Below, in pieces: positions 8,669 through 18,432 of a DNA stretch of 29,017 nucleotides. The notes under the pieces were generated by a model. It worked only from the letters and a program-made list of their open reading frames with translations. It did no database searches and had not been told where the DNA came from. Each line of letters starts with the position of its first letter. Position 1 is the first letter of the stretch. The translations under genes were made by a program, and so were the position numbers. Source of the stretch: Acutalibacteraceae bacterium (GTDB taxonomy: Bacteria > Bacillota > Clostridia > Oscillospirales > Acutalibacteraceae); assembly GCA_045603625.1 (NCBI GenBank), contig JAZUMM010000108.1, positions 1-29,017 of the forward strand, given 5' to 3'.

Positions 8669-9416
8669 AAGAATTTTAATCTGGGCAGATGTATTATTTT
8701 CTTTCCTTGCTACTTTTTTTGGTGTTAAAGCAACAATTAAAACTCCCCGGGAAACTGTGGAAGAGCTTTTAAAAGGTAAATCCCTCATTCGCTTTGGTGA
8801 TGGGGAATTTGGTATTTATCGCGGAAAGGATATTCACTATCAAAAATGCTCTCCTGAATTAATTAAGTGCTTTGAAAAAATTAAAAAGGATTTTGAAGAG
8901 CAGGGTGAAAATTGTCCGTATATACTTGCTGTACCCAGAAGATTTATGACTGTCAAGGGAACCTTTCTTGCAAAAAAAAGAGTGTATGTTTCCAGCTGGT
9001 CTCAGTCAAGGTATGATTTCAAAAAGAACTTTAAACACAATTTGCCTTATGGTGATTCATTCCTTTTTGAAAAAGTAAATAAAGAAATTTACAGTAAAAT
9101 CTGGTCAGACAGCTCTTGTCCCGAAAATGTTATTTTTGTTCATAACAACGAGCAGTATGCGCAGTACTTTGCCTCTACCTACAAAAAAAATACGGTTTTT
9201 GTAAAATGTCCTTCAAGGGATTCTTTTGAGGAAATAAATTCTCTTGAAAAAGCCATTAAAGAAAAAATCAGTGAAAATAATTGGGATAAGCAACAGGTTA
9301 TGCTTACAATTTCTGCAGGCCCTGCCGGTAAGGTGCTTGTATATAAGCTTTCGCAAGAGGGCTACCGTTGTATAGATGCAGGTCATTGTTGGGATGACCC
9401 TTTGGAAGGTATTTAA
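8655..9416 (+). CDS. GT-D fold glycosyltransferase (DUF1792/SP_1767-like)
   Basis: GKSLIRFGDGEF near the N-terminus and SAGPAGKVLVYKL...GYRCIDAGH near the C-terminus. Confidence 0.82.
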   Translation: MKMHKRILIWADVLFSFLATFFGVKATIKTPRETVEELLKGKSLIRFGDGEFGIYRGKDIHYQKCSPELIKCFEKIKKDFEEQGENCPYILAVPRRFMTVKGTFLAKKRVYVSSWSQSRYDFKKNFKHNLPYGDSFLFEKVNKEIYSKIWSDSSCPENVIFVHNNEQYAQYFASTYKKNTVFVKCPSRDSFEEINSLEKAIKEKISENNWDKQQVMLTISAGPAGKVLVYKLSQEGYRCIDAGHCWDDPLEGI

Positions 9417-9417
9417 A

Positions 9418-10443
9418 ATGAAAAAGGTCAGTATAGTTATTCCTGTTTATAATGCAGAAAAATATGTAAAACGCACCTTGGATGCACTTTTAAAACAAAC
9501 GTATGAAAATATTGAATTGGTGATTATTGACGATGGCTCTTCTGATAAAAGCGGAGAAATTGTTTTAAAGGAAGCAGAAAAGGATAACAGAATAAAGTAT
9601 TTTAAAATTAAAAACGGCGGTCCGGGTAACGCCAGAAACGTGGGCGTAAGCAAGGCAACAGGTGAATATATCGGCTTTTGCGATGCAGATGATATTCCTG
9701 ATGAGGATATGTTTGAAAATCTTGTAGCATACCTTGAAAATAATAATGCGGATATGTCGTTGTGCGATATGTTCAGTGAGCGTGATAACAGCAATTACGG
9801 TTTGCCGTGGGAAGATAATACCTTAATAAAGGGTGAGGCAGTTTCTGAAGAAATAATTGCTTCCATGGTAGGTAATAAGTCTGATAACGATAAGTCTGTA
9901 CCATTGTGGGGATGTGTGTGGCGTTGCTTGTTTAAAAAAGAGATTATTGACAGGTTTGACGTGAAATTCCCAACAGAAATTCATTTTGCAGAAGATTTAA
10001 TTTTTGTTCTTAATTATCTTAAAAGGGCAACAAGCGTTGCTATATGTAACAAGTCTCTTTATTTTTACGCTTGTGTTGAAAGCTCTATAATGAACTCCTT
10101 TTTCTCATATAAAAAGGATATGTTCAAAGCAAGAAAAATTCTTGTTGCGTATATTATAAAGGCGATTGAGGATTTACCTTGTTATGAAGAATTAAGAAGT
10201 CGCCTTACTGTTACAGAGCGTTGCTATTATCAGGAATGTGTTGGTAATGCTTGCAGAAAAGCAGAGGGCAGAACACAAAAAGACGTTAAAGCAGAGCTTA
10301 AAGAAATACTTTTTGACGAGGATGTAAAAAAAGCATTTAAAAGCTTTGATGTTCAGGATAAAAAAAGAAAATTATCATATTTAATGATTCAAAAAAGAAT
10401 GACAGGAGCAATTATGCTCTATTACAAAATCCGTTTCAGGTAA
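9418..10443 (+). CDS. GT2 glycosyltransferase
   Basis: VSIVIPVYNAEKY, IDDGSSD, GPGNARNVG, FCDADD, EDLIF; ATG at 9418 after GGAAGG (the track start at 9376 is an over-extension). Confidence 0.92.
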   Translation: MKKVSIVIPVYNAEKYVKRTLDALLKQTYENIELVIIDDGSSDKSGEIVLKEAEKDNRIKYFKIKNGGPGNARNVGVSKATGEYIGFCDADDIPDEDMFENLVAYLENNNADMSLCDMFSERDNSNYGLPWEDNTLIKGEAVSEEIIASMVGNKSDNDKSVPLWGCVWRCLFKKEIIDRFDVKFPTEIHFAEDLIFVLNYLKRATSVAICNKSLYFYACVESSIMNSFFSYKKDMFKARKILVAYIIKAIEDLPCYEELRSRLTVTERCYYQECVGNACRKAEGRTQKDVKAELKEILFDEDVKKAFKSFDVQDKKRKLSYLMIQKRMTGAIMLYYKIRFR

Positions 10444-10459
10444 AAGGTGAGGTGAAGGT

Positions 10460-11506
10460 ATGAGCAACTTAAAAAGAAATACAGGCTTTGACATTATAAG
10501 GATTATTGCAATTTTTATGGTTGTTGCAATTCATTCGCACGTTGCACCTCTCGCAGTTAATAAAGGGTCTGCAATGTGGTATGTTGTTATGTCATTACAG
10601 GTAATTTGTTTAGTTGCGGTACCTTTGTTTTTTATGGTTTCCGGAGCGCTTCTTCTCTCCGACGAAAAAGAAACGGATATAAGCACTCTTTATAAAAAGA
10701 GACTTCCAAAACAAGCCATACCCTTTATTGTGTGGAGTGTTTTTTATGTAATTGCAAGAATTGTTATGGGTAAAATATCCTTTAGCATTTCTGCATTTAC
10801 AAGTCTTTTATACGAGCCTGCATATTACCAGTTCTGGTTTATGTATACTCTTCTTGCGATTTATTTGTTGCTTCCTATATTACAGACACTCATTAAAAAT
10901 TGCGATAAGAAAAAAACAGAGTACATTTTAATTTTGTGGGCAATTTTCAGTGTTCTTTTACCTGTTATTTCAAGGTTTGTTAAGGGCTTTGATATCTCGG
11001 ATCACGTTGACCTTATTTTGTGTGAAGGTTATATAGGTTATTTTATATTTGGTTACTACCTTAATAAATATAAAACTAATATTAAAAATGCTACTGCAGT
11101 TTTAATATGGCTTATTGGTGCTCTTTCCACAGTCGTTTGTGCGGTAATAGAATATAGGGTAACTCATAAGCTTAATCTTACGTATGAGGGCTTTGTGTAT
11201 CAGGCATATATGGTACCGGGAACAGTTGTTTCTGCAACAGGAGCTTTCCTTTTCTTGAGTAATAAAAAATATAATTTCAGTGAAAAAGTAAATGGCATAA
11301 TAACAAAGGTAGCTGTACTTTCTGTGGGCGTTTATTATATTCATATGCTCGTGCTTACAGTAATTGAAAAGATTGGCTTTACAGGTGAAAACAATATTTT
11401 GATTCTCGGTGTTAAAATTATTGCTACTTACCTTGTTTCTTTAATCGGGGCATTTATAATTTCAAAAATCCCCGTAGTACGCAAAATCCTTTTAGGAGTA
11501 AAATAA
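10460..11506 (+). CDS. Acyltransferase-3 (OafA/WecH-like) membrane O-acyltransferase
   Basis: FDIIRIIAIFMVVAIH, AVPLFFMVSG, FWFMYTL, SVGVYYIH; many TM segments. Confidence 0.88.
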   Translation: MSNLKRNTGFDIIRIIAIFMVVAIHSHVAPLAVNKGSAMWYVVMSLQVICLVAVPLFFMVSGALLLSDEKETDISTLYKKRLPKQAIPFIVWSVFYVIARIVMGKISFSISAFTSLLYEPAYYQFWFMYTLLAIYLLLPILQTLIKNCDKKKTEYILILWAIFSVLLPVISRFVKGFDISDHVDLILCEGYIGYFIFGYYLNKYKTNIKNATAVLIWLIGALSTVVCAVIEYRVTHKLNLTYEGFVYQAYMVPGTVVSATGAFLFLSNKKYNFSEKVNGIITKVAVLSVGVYYIHMLVLTVIEKIGFTGENNILILGVKIIATYLVSLIGAFIISKIPVVRKILLGVK

Positions 11507-11507
11507 A

Positions 11508-12305
11508 ATGAAGATTGAGCATATAGTTTCCACAATGAACAGAGAAGATTTTTCTTTTTTGGAAAATCTTGGTTTTGTAACAGATGTGGTTGTTGTTAAC
11601 CAGAATTGCCCGCAAAAAACTGAAAGCTTTTCTTTATCAAACGGCGTAAGTGTTAAAGCAATTTCAACTCCTGAAAAAGGTCTTAGCCGAAGCAGAAATA
11701 AGCTTATAGAAAATGCAACGGGTGACGTGTGTATTATAGGTGACGATGATGTCCAGTACCTTGACGGTTACCTTGATATTATTGAAAATGCATATAAAAA
11801 GTATACTGATGCAGATATAATAGTTTTTTGCTTTACTCACGAGAAAGGTAAGCAAACACGCTTGAGGTATACAGAAGATGTTGCAGTTTCAATGCAAAAC
11901 GTAAGCAAATTTGCTTCTGTTGAAATTACATTTAAGTCAGAGAGTATAAAAAAAGCGGGAATTTCCTTTAATAATAATATCGGTCTCGGCACGCCGTTTC
12001 CCAGTGGCGAAGAAAATGCCTTTTTGGCTGATGCTTTAAGGGCAGGGCTTAAAATATATCACGTTCCGCAGACTATATGTGTTGCAGTGGAAGATATGAA
12101 AATTAACGAGAATTATGATGTTTTAAAGTATATTGAAGATAAGGGCGCATCATTTTATTGTATTTATAAAAAAATGTTCCCCGTATATTCTCTTGCATTT
12201 ATAATTTTAAAGAAAAAAACAATTTTTAAAGATGTTTCAATTTTAAAAGCCTTTCGTTTTATGTTGAAGGGTAAAAGGAAATATATAAAATCCGTAAAGG
12301 AGTAA
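11508..12305 (+). CDS. GT2-like glycosyltransferase
   Basis: IVSTMN, VVVNQ, KGLSRSRN, IGDDDV, GEENAFL. Confidence 0.82.
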   Translation: MKIEHIVSTMNREDFSFLENLGFVTDVVVVNQNCPQKTESFSLSNGVSVKAISTPEKGLSRSRNKLIENATGDVCIIGDDDVQYLDGYLDIIENAYKKYTDADIIVFCFTHEKGKQTRLRYTEDVAVSMQNVSKFASVEITFKSESIKKAGISFNNNIGLGTPFPSGEENAFLADALRAGLKIYHVPQTICVAVEDMKINENYDVLKYIEDKGASFYCIYKKMFPVYSLAFIILKKKTIFKDVSILKAFRFMLKGKRKYIKSVKE

Positions 12306-12308
12306 GCT

Positions 12309-13187
12309 ATGCTTATAAGTGTAATAACGCCTACCTACAACAGAGCATACATACTGAATAAATGTTACAACAGTCTTGTTGCTCAGACCTCAAAGGCCTT
12401 TGAGTGGATTGTGGTGGATGACGGTTCATCAGATAATACTGAGGAATTGGTAGCTTCTTTTATTGAAGAAAACAGAATTAAAATCAAGTATATAAAGCAG
12501 GCAAACGGCGGTAAGCATATTGCTCATAATACTGCAGTTTTAAATTCACAGGGTGACCTTGTTGTGTGCCTTGATTCTGATGACGTTTTAACAGAAAATG
12601 CAATTGAAAAGGCAGTTTCTTTCTGGGAAGAAAATGCACAAGGGCATAATACGGGTATTCTTGCAAAGCGTGGCGATATGGTAGAGCGTAAGCCTATTTG
12701 CTCAGCGCTTCCCGAGGGTGTTAAGGAATGTACTATGTTTGATTTAACAAACAAATATGGGTTTGAGGGTGATACAATTCTCTATTTCAGGCGTGAAATT
12801 TTAGAGAAAAATCTTTTTAAATCCTTTGAGGGTGAAAGGTTTATTCCCGAAACAAATATGTACATTGAAATAGATAAATTTGGCACAATGCTTCTTTTAG
12901 ATGAGGTTTTGTACCTTTGTGAATATCTGCCTGACGGTTTAACTGCAAAATATCACAAGCTTTTAGAAAATAATCCAAACGGTACTGCCGATACATATTA
13001 TAAACAGATGTGTATGGCAAAGGATTTTAAAACAAAAGTGAAATATGGGTTATTAACCAATATATATAAATCACTTTCTCAAAATAAAAAGGAATTACAT
13101 TTTAAAGAAAACAGATTTTTGTTAATGGCTTTAAGTATTCCTTCAGCATTTATAAAAAATAAGTTTTTAAGTAAATTTGAGAGGTAA
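12309..13187 (+). CDS. GT2 glycosyltransferase
   Basis: ISVITPTYNRA, VVDDGSSD, NGGKHIAHN, LDSDD, EYLPDGLT. Confidence 0.92.
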   Translation: MLISVITPTYNRAYILNKCYNSLVAQTSKAFEWIVVDDGSSDNTEELVASFIEENRIKIKYIKQANGGKHIAHNTAVLNSQGDLVVCLDSDDVLTENAIEKAVSFWEENAQGHNTGILAKRGDMVERKPICSALPEGVKECTMFDLTNKYGFEGDTILYFRREILEKNLFKSFEGERFIPETNMYIEIDKFGTMLLLDEVLYLCEYLPDGLTAKYHKLLENNPNGTADTYYKQMCMAKDFKTKVKYGLLTNIYKSLSQNKKELHFKENRFLLMALSIPSAFIKNKFLSKFER

Positions 13188-13190
13188 ATT

Positions 13191-13973
13191 ATGATACCTA
13201 AAATAATTCATTACTGTTGGTTCGGCAGAGGTCAAATGCCTGAATTGGCGGTTAAGTGTATTGAAAGCTGGAAAAAGTTCTGTCCCGATTATGAAATAAT
13301 GGTCTGGAACGAGGATAATTTTGATATTACTTCTAACCGCTATGTTAAAGAGGCGTATGAATCAAGAAAATTTGCTTTTGTTACAGACTATGTAAGGCTT
13401 TATGCAATGTACAATTACGGTGGTATTTATATGGATACTGATGTAATGATACTTAAAAGTCTTGATGAATATTTGCATCATCACGCGTTTTCAGGCTTTG
13501 AGAGTAAAACAAAAATCCCGACCGGTATTATGGCATCAGAAAAAGGCTACGAGGTAATGGCGGACTTATTAAAGTTTTATGATGATGCAGTTTTTATAAA
13601 GGAAGATGGCTCATTTAACATAGTTACAAATACTGAAACTATTACAGCTATGTTTACTGATTGGGGCTTTGTGCCAAACGGGGAATATCAGGAGATTAAG
13701 GGTATGGCATTTTACCCGCAAAATATTTTTTGCCCTGACCACAAAAAGCTTAATGACAGTAAGTATATGAAAGAAACTGCCACAATTCACTATTTTGCAG
13801 GCTCATGGAAAAGTGAAGCAACACTTAAAAGGGAACGTTCTTTGTGGTGGAAGGCTTTTGCAGTTGTGGCAACGTCTGTATCAAAGGTGCTTACAAAGAT
13901 TTTGGGCGATAAATGGACAAATGCAAAAAATAAAGTCCGTGACAATGTTATTGAAAATGAAAAAAACAAATAA
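13191..13973 (+). CDS. GT32 (DXD, Gly_transf_sug) glycosyltransferase
   Basis: MIPKIIHYCWFG, WNEDNFD, AFVTDYVRL, GGIYMDTDV. Confidence 0.92.
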   Translation: MIPKIIHYCWFGRGQMPELAVKCIESWKKFCPDYEIMVWNEDNFDITSNRYVKEAYESRKFAFVTDYVRLYAMYNYGGIYMDTDVMILKSLDEYLHHHAFSGFESKTKIPTGIMASEKGYEVMADLLKFYDDAVFIKEDGSFNIVTNTETITAMFTDWGFVPNGEYQEIKGMAFYPQNIFCPDHKKLNDSKYMKETATIHYFAGSWKSEATLKRERSLWWKAFAVVATSVSKVLTKILGDKWTNAKNKVRDNVIENEKNK

Positions 13974-13989
13974 TCAGAGGAGCGGTTGT

Positions 13990-14991
13990 TTGAAAAGAGA
14001 TATAAACTTTAATTACATCCGTGTTGCTGCAATGGTTGCAATTGTTTTGTGCCATTATTTTCAGGTGTACGGTTTTTTTGGAGTTTCTTCGTGGTTGAAT
14101 ATAGGTGTTCAGGTGTTTTTTGTTCTTAGTGCTAAACTGATAAGCACCAAAAAATTCAACACAAAAGGTGATGTGCTCAGGTTTTTAAAAACGCGAATTC
14201 TCAGAATTTATATACCTGTCTGGATATACCTGATTTGCCTTATACCTGTTTTGTTTGTTGTGGGCAGGGGACCGGATGTTTCTGCAATTATAATGTATTT
14301 TCTGGGGCTTGCGGGCTTTTCTGAAATGGTTGTTTTGGGACTTGGTCATTTCTGGTACATATCTGTGTTGCTTATCTGTTATCTTTTGGTACCGGTATTA
14401 TATAAAATTGCTGATTTTTGCAAAAATACGGGGAAGGCAAAGGCCTTTGTTTTACAGGTAGCTGTTACAGCCGTACCTGTTTTAGTCTTTTTGTTTACAC
14501 AGTATAAGTTTTATGGTGTGAATATAGCATTTTTCTGCGCAGCATACTTTTTATTTTATAAAACAAAAGATAATGAAAATTGGTATAAAGGGAAGGCAAT
14601 TAAGTTATTCCCGTTAGTAGTTGTATTAACAGCCATCAGGCTTTTTACGGATACAAAGGAAATTGCTTCGAACAGTTATTATGACGGTTTATTTGTTACT
14701 TCAGTAAAAGCAATTACGGGAATGTTTTTGTTCTTTGCAATGTACAAATTGCTTTTGGTTTTAAAGGCAAAAGAATTAAAGATTGTTGATTATATATCAG
14801 ATATTTCTTACGAGGTTTACATTGTTCATCAATTTATACTTCTTGCGCTTTTTGAGTTTATTTCATTCTTTAAATCAGGTGTTGCGGGCAAAGTTTCAAT
14901 GTTGATATGCTCCGTAATAATGATTTTCTTTAATGCCGTGATTGTTTTTTACGTGAAAAAGTTTATTGAAAAAAGGGTTATTAAAAAATGA
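13990..14991 (+). CDS. Second acyltransferase-3 membrane O-acyltransferase
   Basis: TTG start at 13990, 7 nt after GAGGAG (13977-13982), gives (M)KRDINFNYIRVAAMVAIVLCH; GVQVFFVLS, HFWYIS, ISYEVYIVHQ. Confidence 0.83.
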   Translation: MKRDINFNYIRVAAMVAIVLCHYFQVYGFFGVSSWLNIGVQVFFVLSAKLISTKKFNTKGDVLRFLKTRILRIYIPVWIYLICLIPVLFVVGRGPDVSAIIMYFLGLAGFSEMVVLGLGHFWYISVLLICYLLVPVLYKIADFCKNTGKAKAFVLQVAVTAVPVLVFLFTQYKFYGVNIAFFCAAYFLFYKTKDNENWYKGKAIKLFPLVVVLTAIRLFTDTKEIASNSYYDGLFVTSVKAITGMFLFFAMYKLLLVLKAKELKIVDYISDISYEVYIVHQFILLALFEFISFFKSGVAGKVSMLICSVIMIFFNAVIVFYVKKFIEKRVIKK

Positions 14992-16217
14992 ATGTTTTAA
15001 TTGCTTTAGGCAGTATCACACCTAATGATGATGCCAACACAAATATTGCAAAGCTTATTGCCTCAGAAATGAAAAAAGGTAATAACGTAGCTTTACTTGG
15101 CACCGCTTTTCAAAAGGCACCTGAAAAAGAAGTTATAGACGGTGTTACGTATCACAGAATTTTAAGGCTTGAAAAAGAAAAGAATAAAAAGCTTTGGCAA
15201 GTATGGTCTTCTTTAAGCGGTAAAGGTGAACGAATAAAGTTTATTGCAAAGCATCCTTTTTACTTTTTTAAAATTACTTTTAATCATATAAGGGCACGAT
15301 TTACAGATGTACGGGAGGATGCGTACATAAAAAAGCTTAAAGAGCTTGAAAAAACAGAAAAAATAGACAGGGTAATTGTAATCACATCACCTTTTTATAT
15401 TGCTACAGCTGCACAAAAGGCTATTAAAAATGCAGAGGTTGTGTGGCATCAGCTTGACCCTAACCAGTCAAATATTACTGCAATTTATAAAGGTAAAACA
15501 GATTTACTTGAAAAAGAAAAGTCTCTTTATGAGTTTGTAAAGTATGCTGTTGTTCCGCGTCTTGTTTACGAGGAAAATATGCAAAATGAGCTTTCTGTTT
15601 ATAAAGATAAAATGATTCCTGCGGAGTTTCCGAATGTACGTAGGCTGTCATCTTCAGCAGTATCCGATGACGTAAGCTTTGATGAAAATAAAATAAACCT
15701 TGTGTTTGTAGGCGTGTTTTACGAGGATATCCGCAATCCTGTTCCATTGTTTGAAATTGTTTCAAAAACAAAAAATGAAAATATTGTTCTTAATATAGTC
15801 GGTGGCGGATGCGAGGAAATTGTTGAGGAATGGGCATCAGAGTATCCAAATAAAATTATCAGACACGGTTACCATTCACTTGAAGCTGCCCTTAATGCAA
15901 TGCAGAATGCCGATATACTTATAAATGTGGATAATACTGCAAAAAATATGCTTCCCAGCAAGGTTAATGATTATATAAGCACCGGCAAGCCGATTGTTAA
16001 TTTTCATCCCTTTGAGGATAGTAAAACGGTTGAATACTTTGAAAAATATCCGTTACATCACAACGTGTATATGCAAAATGTCTCTGCACAAGAGGTAGAA
16101 CTTTTTGAACGTTTTTGTGTTGAAAACAAGGGTAAGAGCATTGAGTTTAATGAAATAATAAGTAATTATAAGGAAAGCACACCGGAATATGTTTCCGCTA
16201 TGCTTTTAAGGGATTAA
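14988..16217 (+). CDS. GT-B fold (GT4-like) glycosyltransferase
   Basis: C-domain LVFVGVFY...IVGGG...ADILINVDN...PSKVNDYISTGKPIV; ATGA overlap with the upstream gene. Confidence 0.72.
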   Translation: MNVLIALGSITPNDDANTNIAKLIASEMKKGNNVALLGTAFQKAPEKEVIDGVTYHRILRLEKEKNKKLWQVWSSLSGKGERIKFIAKHPFYFFKITFNHIRARFTDVREDAYIKKLKELEKTEKIDRVIVITSPFYIATAAQKAIKNAEVVWHQLDPNQSNITAIYKGKTDLLEKEKSLYEFVKYAVVPRLVYEENMQNELSVYKDKMIPAEFPNVRRLSSSAVSDDVSFDENKINLVFVGVFYEDIRNPVPLFEIVSKTKNENIVLNIVGGGCEEIVEEWASEYPNKIIRHGYHSLEAALNAMQNADILINVDNTAKNMLPSKVNDYISTGKPIVNFHPFEDSKTVEYFEKYPLHHNVYMQNVSAQEVELFERFCVENKGKSIEFNEIISNYKESTPEYVSAMLLRD

Positions 16218-16219
16218 TT

Positions 16220-16876
16220 ATGAAAAAATTTAAAAATATAATTTCTCTCGGTTTTAATTGTCACGTTGCAAAGGACCTGGAAAGGTTAGGGTACAGAAAT
16301 GCCAGCTATCCCTTTGATTGGCTCATAAGTAATTTTTGTGATGTGATAGAGTCAATAGATACAGATTTTGTTCAATGGTTGAAGTTTTCTGATATTGAGC
16401 AGGATTCAGAGCACGAAAATGTGTACCACGATAAGGGTACAGGTCTTGATTTTTATCACGATTTTTTTCCTGATAAAACAATTGAAGAGCAGTACGATAA
16501 GGTTAAAAGTAAATATTCCAGAAGAATTGAAAGATTTCAAAAAGACTGTGCTCAGGCTACGTTGTTTATCCGCTTTGTGCGTAACGAGGAGGATTTGAAA
16601 TATATACAAAACAATCAAGAAAGAATATTATCCGTTCTGAAAAAAGAAAATGAGGATAATGATTGTATATATCTTTTACTTAACGAAAATCTTCAGGCAT
16701 ATGCAGATGATAAAAAGTTTTTTATGGTTACGGAATTGGTTCATCCGATAAAATCAAGCAAATCCGTACAAGCTTTTATAAAGAAAAATTTGGATATGAA
16801 AAAAACGCTTGTTTTAAAAAATAAAAAAAGGTATACAAAAAAAAGAATCGCTTCATTAAAAAAGAGGTTTATGTGA
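16220..16876 (+). CDS. DUF1796 (putative papain-like cysteine hydrolase/transferase) protein
   Basis: ISLGFNC, SYPFDW and FYHDF motifs. Confidence 0.75.
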   Translation: MKKFKNIISLGFNCHVAKDLERLGYRNASYPFDWLISNFCDVIESIDTDFVQWLKFSDIEQDSEHENVYHDKGTGLDFYHDFFPDKTIEEQYDKVKSKYSRRIERFQKDCAQATLFIRFVRNEEDLKYIQNNQERILSVLKKENEDNDCIYLLLNENLQAYADDKKFFMVTELVHPIKSSKSVQAFIKKNLDMKKTLVLKNKKRYTKKRIASLKKRFM

Positions 16877-16882
16877 GAATAT

Positions 16883-18430
16883 ATGGGTAAACTGAAAGGC
16901 ATTATAGAAAAACAAAAAACAATAGTTAATTTGCTGTCTGCCATAATGGCATACGGCTTATCCATTGTTATAAATTTTTTCCTTTCTCCGTATATTACAA
17001 AAACATTAGGCGTTGAGGCAAACGGCTTTGTTACCCTTGCAAATCAGGTCGTGGGATACGTTTCTCTCGTTACTGTTGCCCTTAACTCAATGGCAAGCCG
17101 TTTTGTAAGTGTACATTTAATGAACAAAGAGGAGGAAAAGGCAAAAGGATACTTTTCTTCTGTAACAATAGCAAATGTAGTTATCGGCGTGGTATTGTTT
17201 ATTCCTCTTGTAGTTTGCTCTTTAAACGTTGAAAAGCTTTTTACGGTACCAAGTGATTTGGTTGATGATACGGTTTTATTGTTTATTTTAGTTTCTATTA
17301 ACTTTGTTGTTGGTGTTGTTACAAATATATACAGCGTTTCTACATTTGTGGTTAATAAGCTTTATTTATCAACCTGCCGTAATATTGAAGGTAATATTTT
17401 GCGTTGCGGTACGCTTTTAATAATGTATACTGTGTTACCTCCAAAAATGTATTATGTTACCTTATCTGTAATAGTTAATACCGTGTATATTGTTTTATGG
17501 AATGTTTATTACACAAAAAAATATACACCTCAATTAAAAATCAAAATGCAATATTTTAAATTATCATATTGCATTGAGCTTGTAAAATCAGGTGCGTGGA
17601 ATCTTTTAAGCAGTCTGAATTCCGTGCTTAATACAGGTCTTGATTTATTGTTATGTAATATTTTTATAGACCCTGTTTCAATGGGCGTTTTGTCTGTTTC
17701 AAAGATTTTTCCTACGGCAATATCCACAATGGTCAATTCTGTTTCAGGTGCATTTGGCCCTGAAATGACTCAAAAATATGCAGATGGCGATTATAACGGT
17801 TTTACAAAAACCATTCTTAAAAGTGTTAAGTTTATCGGTATTGTAATTAATATACCCATAGTTGTGCTTGTGGCAATGGGCAAACAGTTTTATAAGGTAT
17901 GGCAGCCTACCCTTGATGAAGGGGAATTGTTTATTCTTTCATTTCTTGCAATTGCGGGCGTTGTGGTAAGTGGTAGCACAGCTTGCGTTTTTGGAATGTT
18001 TACTGTTGTTAATAAGCTTAAGTTTCATTCGGTAACATCACTTTTGTTTGGTGTTTTAAATGCCGTTGTTGTAATTGTTGCATTAAGCATTTCCACAGAA
18101 AACGGTGTTTATATTATTGCAGGCACAAGTACGGTGCTCACTATTATCAGAAACTATTTACTCACATTTCCGTATGCCGCTAAATGTCTTAAGCAAAAGT
18201 GGTATGTTTTTCACAAGGCATCGTTTTCATCAATTGTTGCAGCGGCATTATCAGGCGTGTGTTCTTATTTTGCAGTGAAGCTTATAAATATGAACAGTTG
18301 GCTTACAGTTATTATCGGCGCAGGTATTTGTGCAGTAGTTACTGTTATTGTAAGTGCATTGATTCTTTTTACAAATGAAGAAAAGAAGCAGTATATTAAA
18401 CTTATTACTAAAAAGATAAAGAAGGCGTAA
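16883..18430 (+). CDS. wzx: Wzx flippase (MOP superfamily)
   Basis: 515 aa with about 12-14 TM segments; SPYITKTLGVEANG, LNSMASRF, GLDLLLCNIF, in a glycan locus. Confidence 0.85.
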   Translation: MGKLKGIIEKQKTIVNLLSAIMAYGLSIVINFFLSPYITKTLGVEANGFVTLANQVVGYVSLVTVALNSMASRFVSVHLMNKEEEKAKGYFSSVTIANVVIGVVLFIPLVVCSLNVEKLFTVPSDLVDDTVLLFILVSINFVVGVVTNIYSVSTFVVNKLYLSTCRNIEGNILRCGTLLIMYTVLPPKMYYVTLSVIVNTVYIVLWNVYYTKKYTPQLKIKMQYFKLSYCIELVKSGAWNLLSSLNSVLNTGLDLLLCNIFIDPVSMGVLSVSKIFPTAISTMVNSVSGAFGPEMTQKYADGDYNGFTKTILKSVKFIGIVINIPIVVLVAMGKQFYKVWQPTLDEGELFILSFLAIAGVVVSGSTACVFGMFTVVNKLKFHSVTSLLFGVLNAVVVIVALSISTENGVYIIAGTSTVLTIIRNYLLTFPYAAKCLKQKWYVFHKASFSSIVAAALSGVCSYFAVKLINMNSWLTVIIGAGICAVVTVIVSALILFTNEEKKQYIKLITKKIKKA

Positions 18431-18432
18431 AA

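Noticed and set aside
13795-13989. N-terminal extensions given by the ORF track (13795; also 491, 1008, 5031, 9376, 20108, 28610)
   Set aside because: Downstream starts have better-spaced RBS motifs or avoid overlap with the upstream gene, and match family N-termini.
8972-16844. A8 tracts (8972-8979, 9183-9190, 16837-16844) as phase-variation switches
   Set aside because: All are in-frame Lys-codon runs of only 8 nt in very A-rich genes, as expected by chance; no frameshifted gene was seen.
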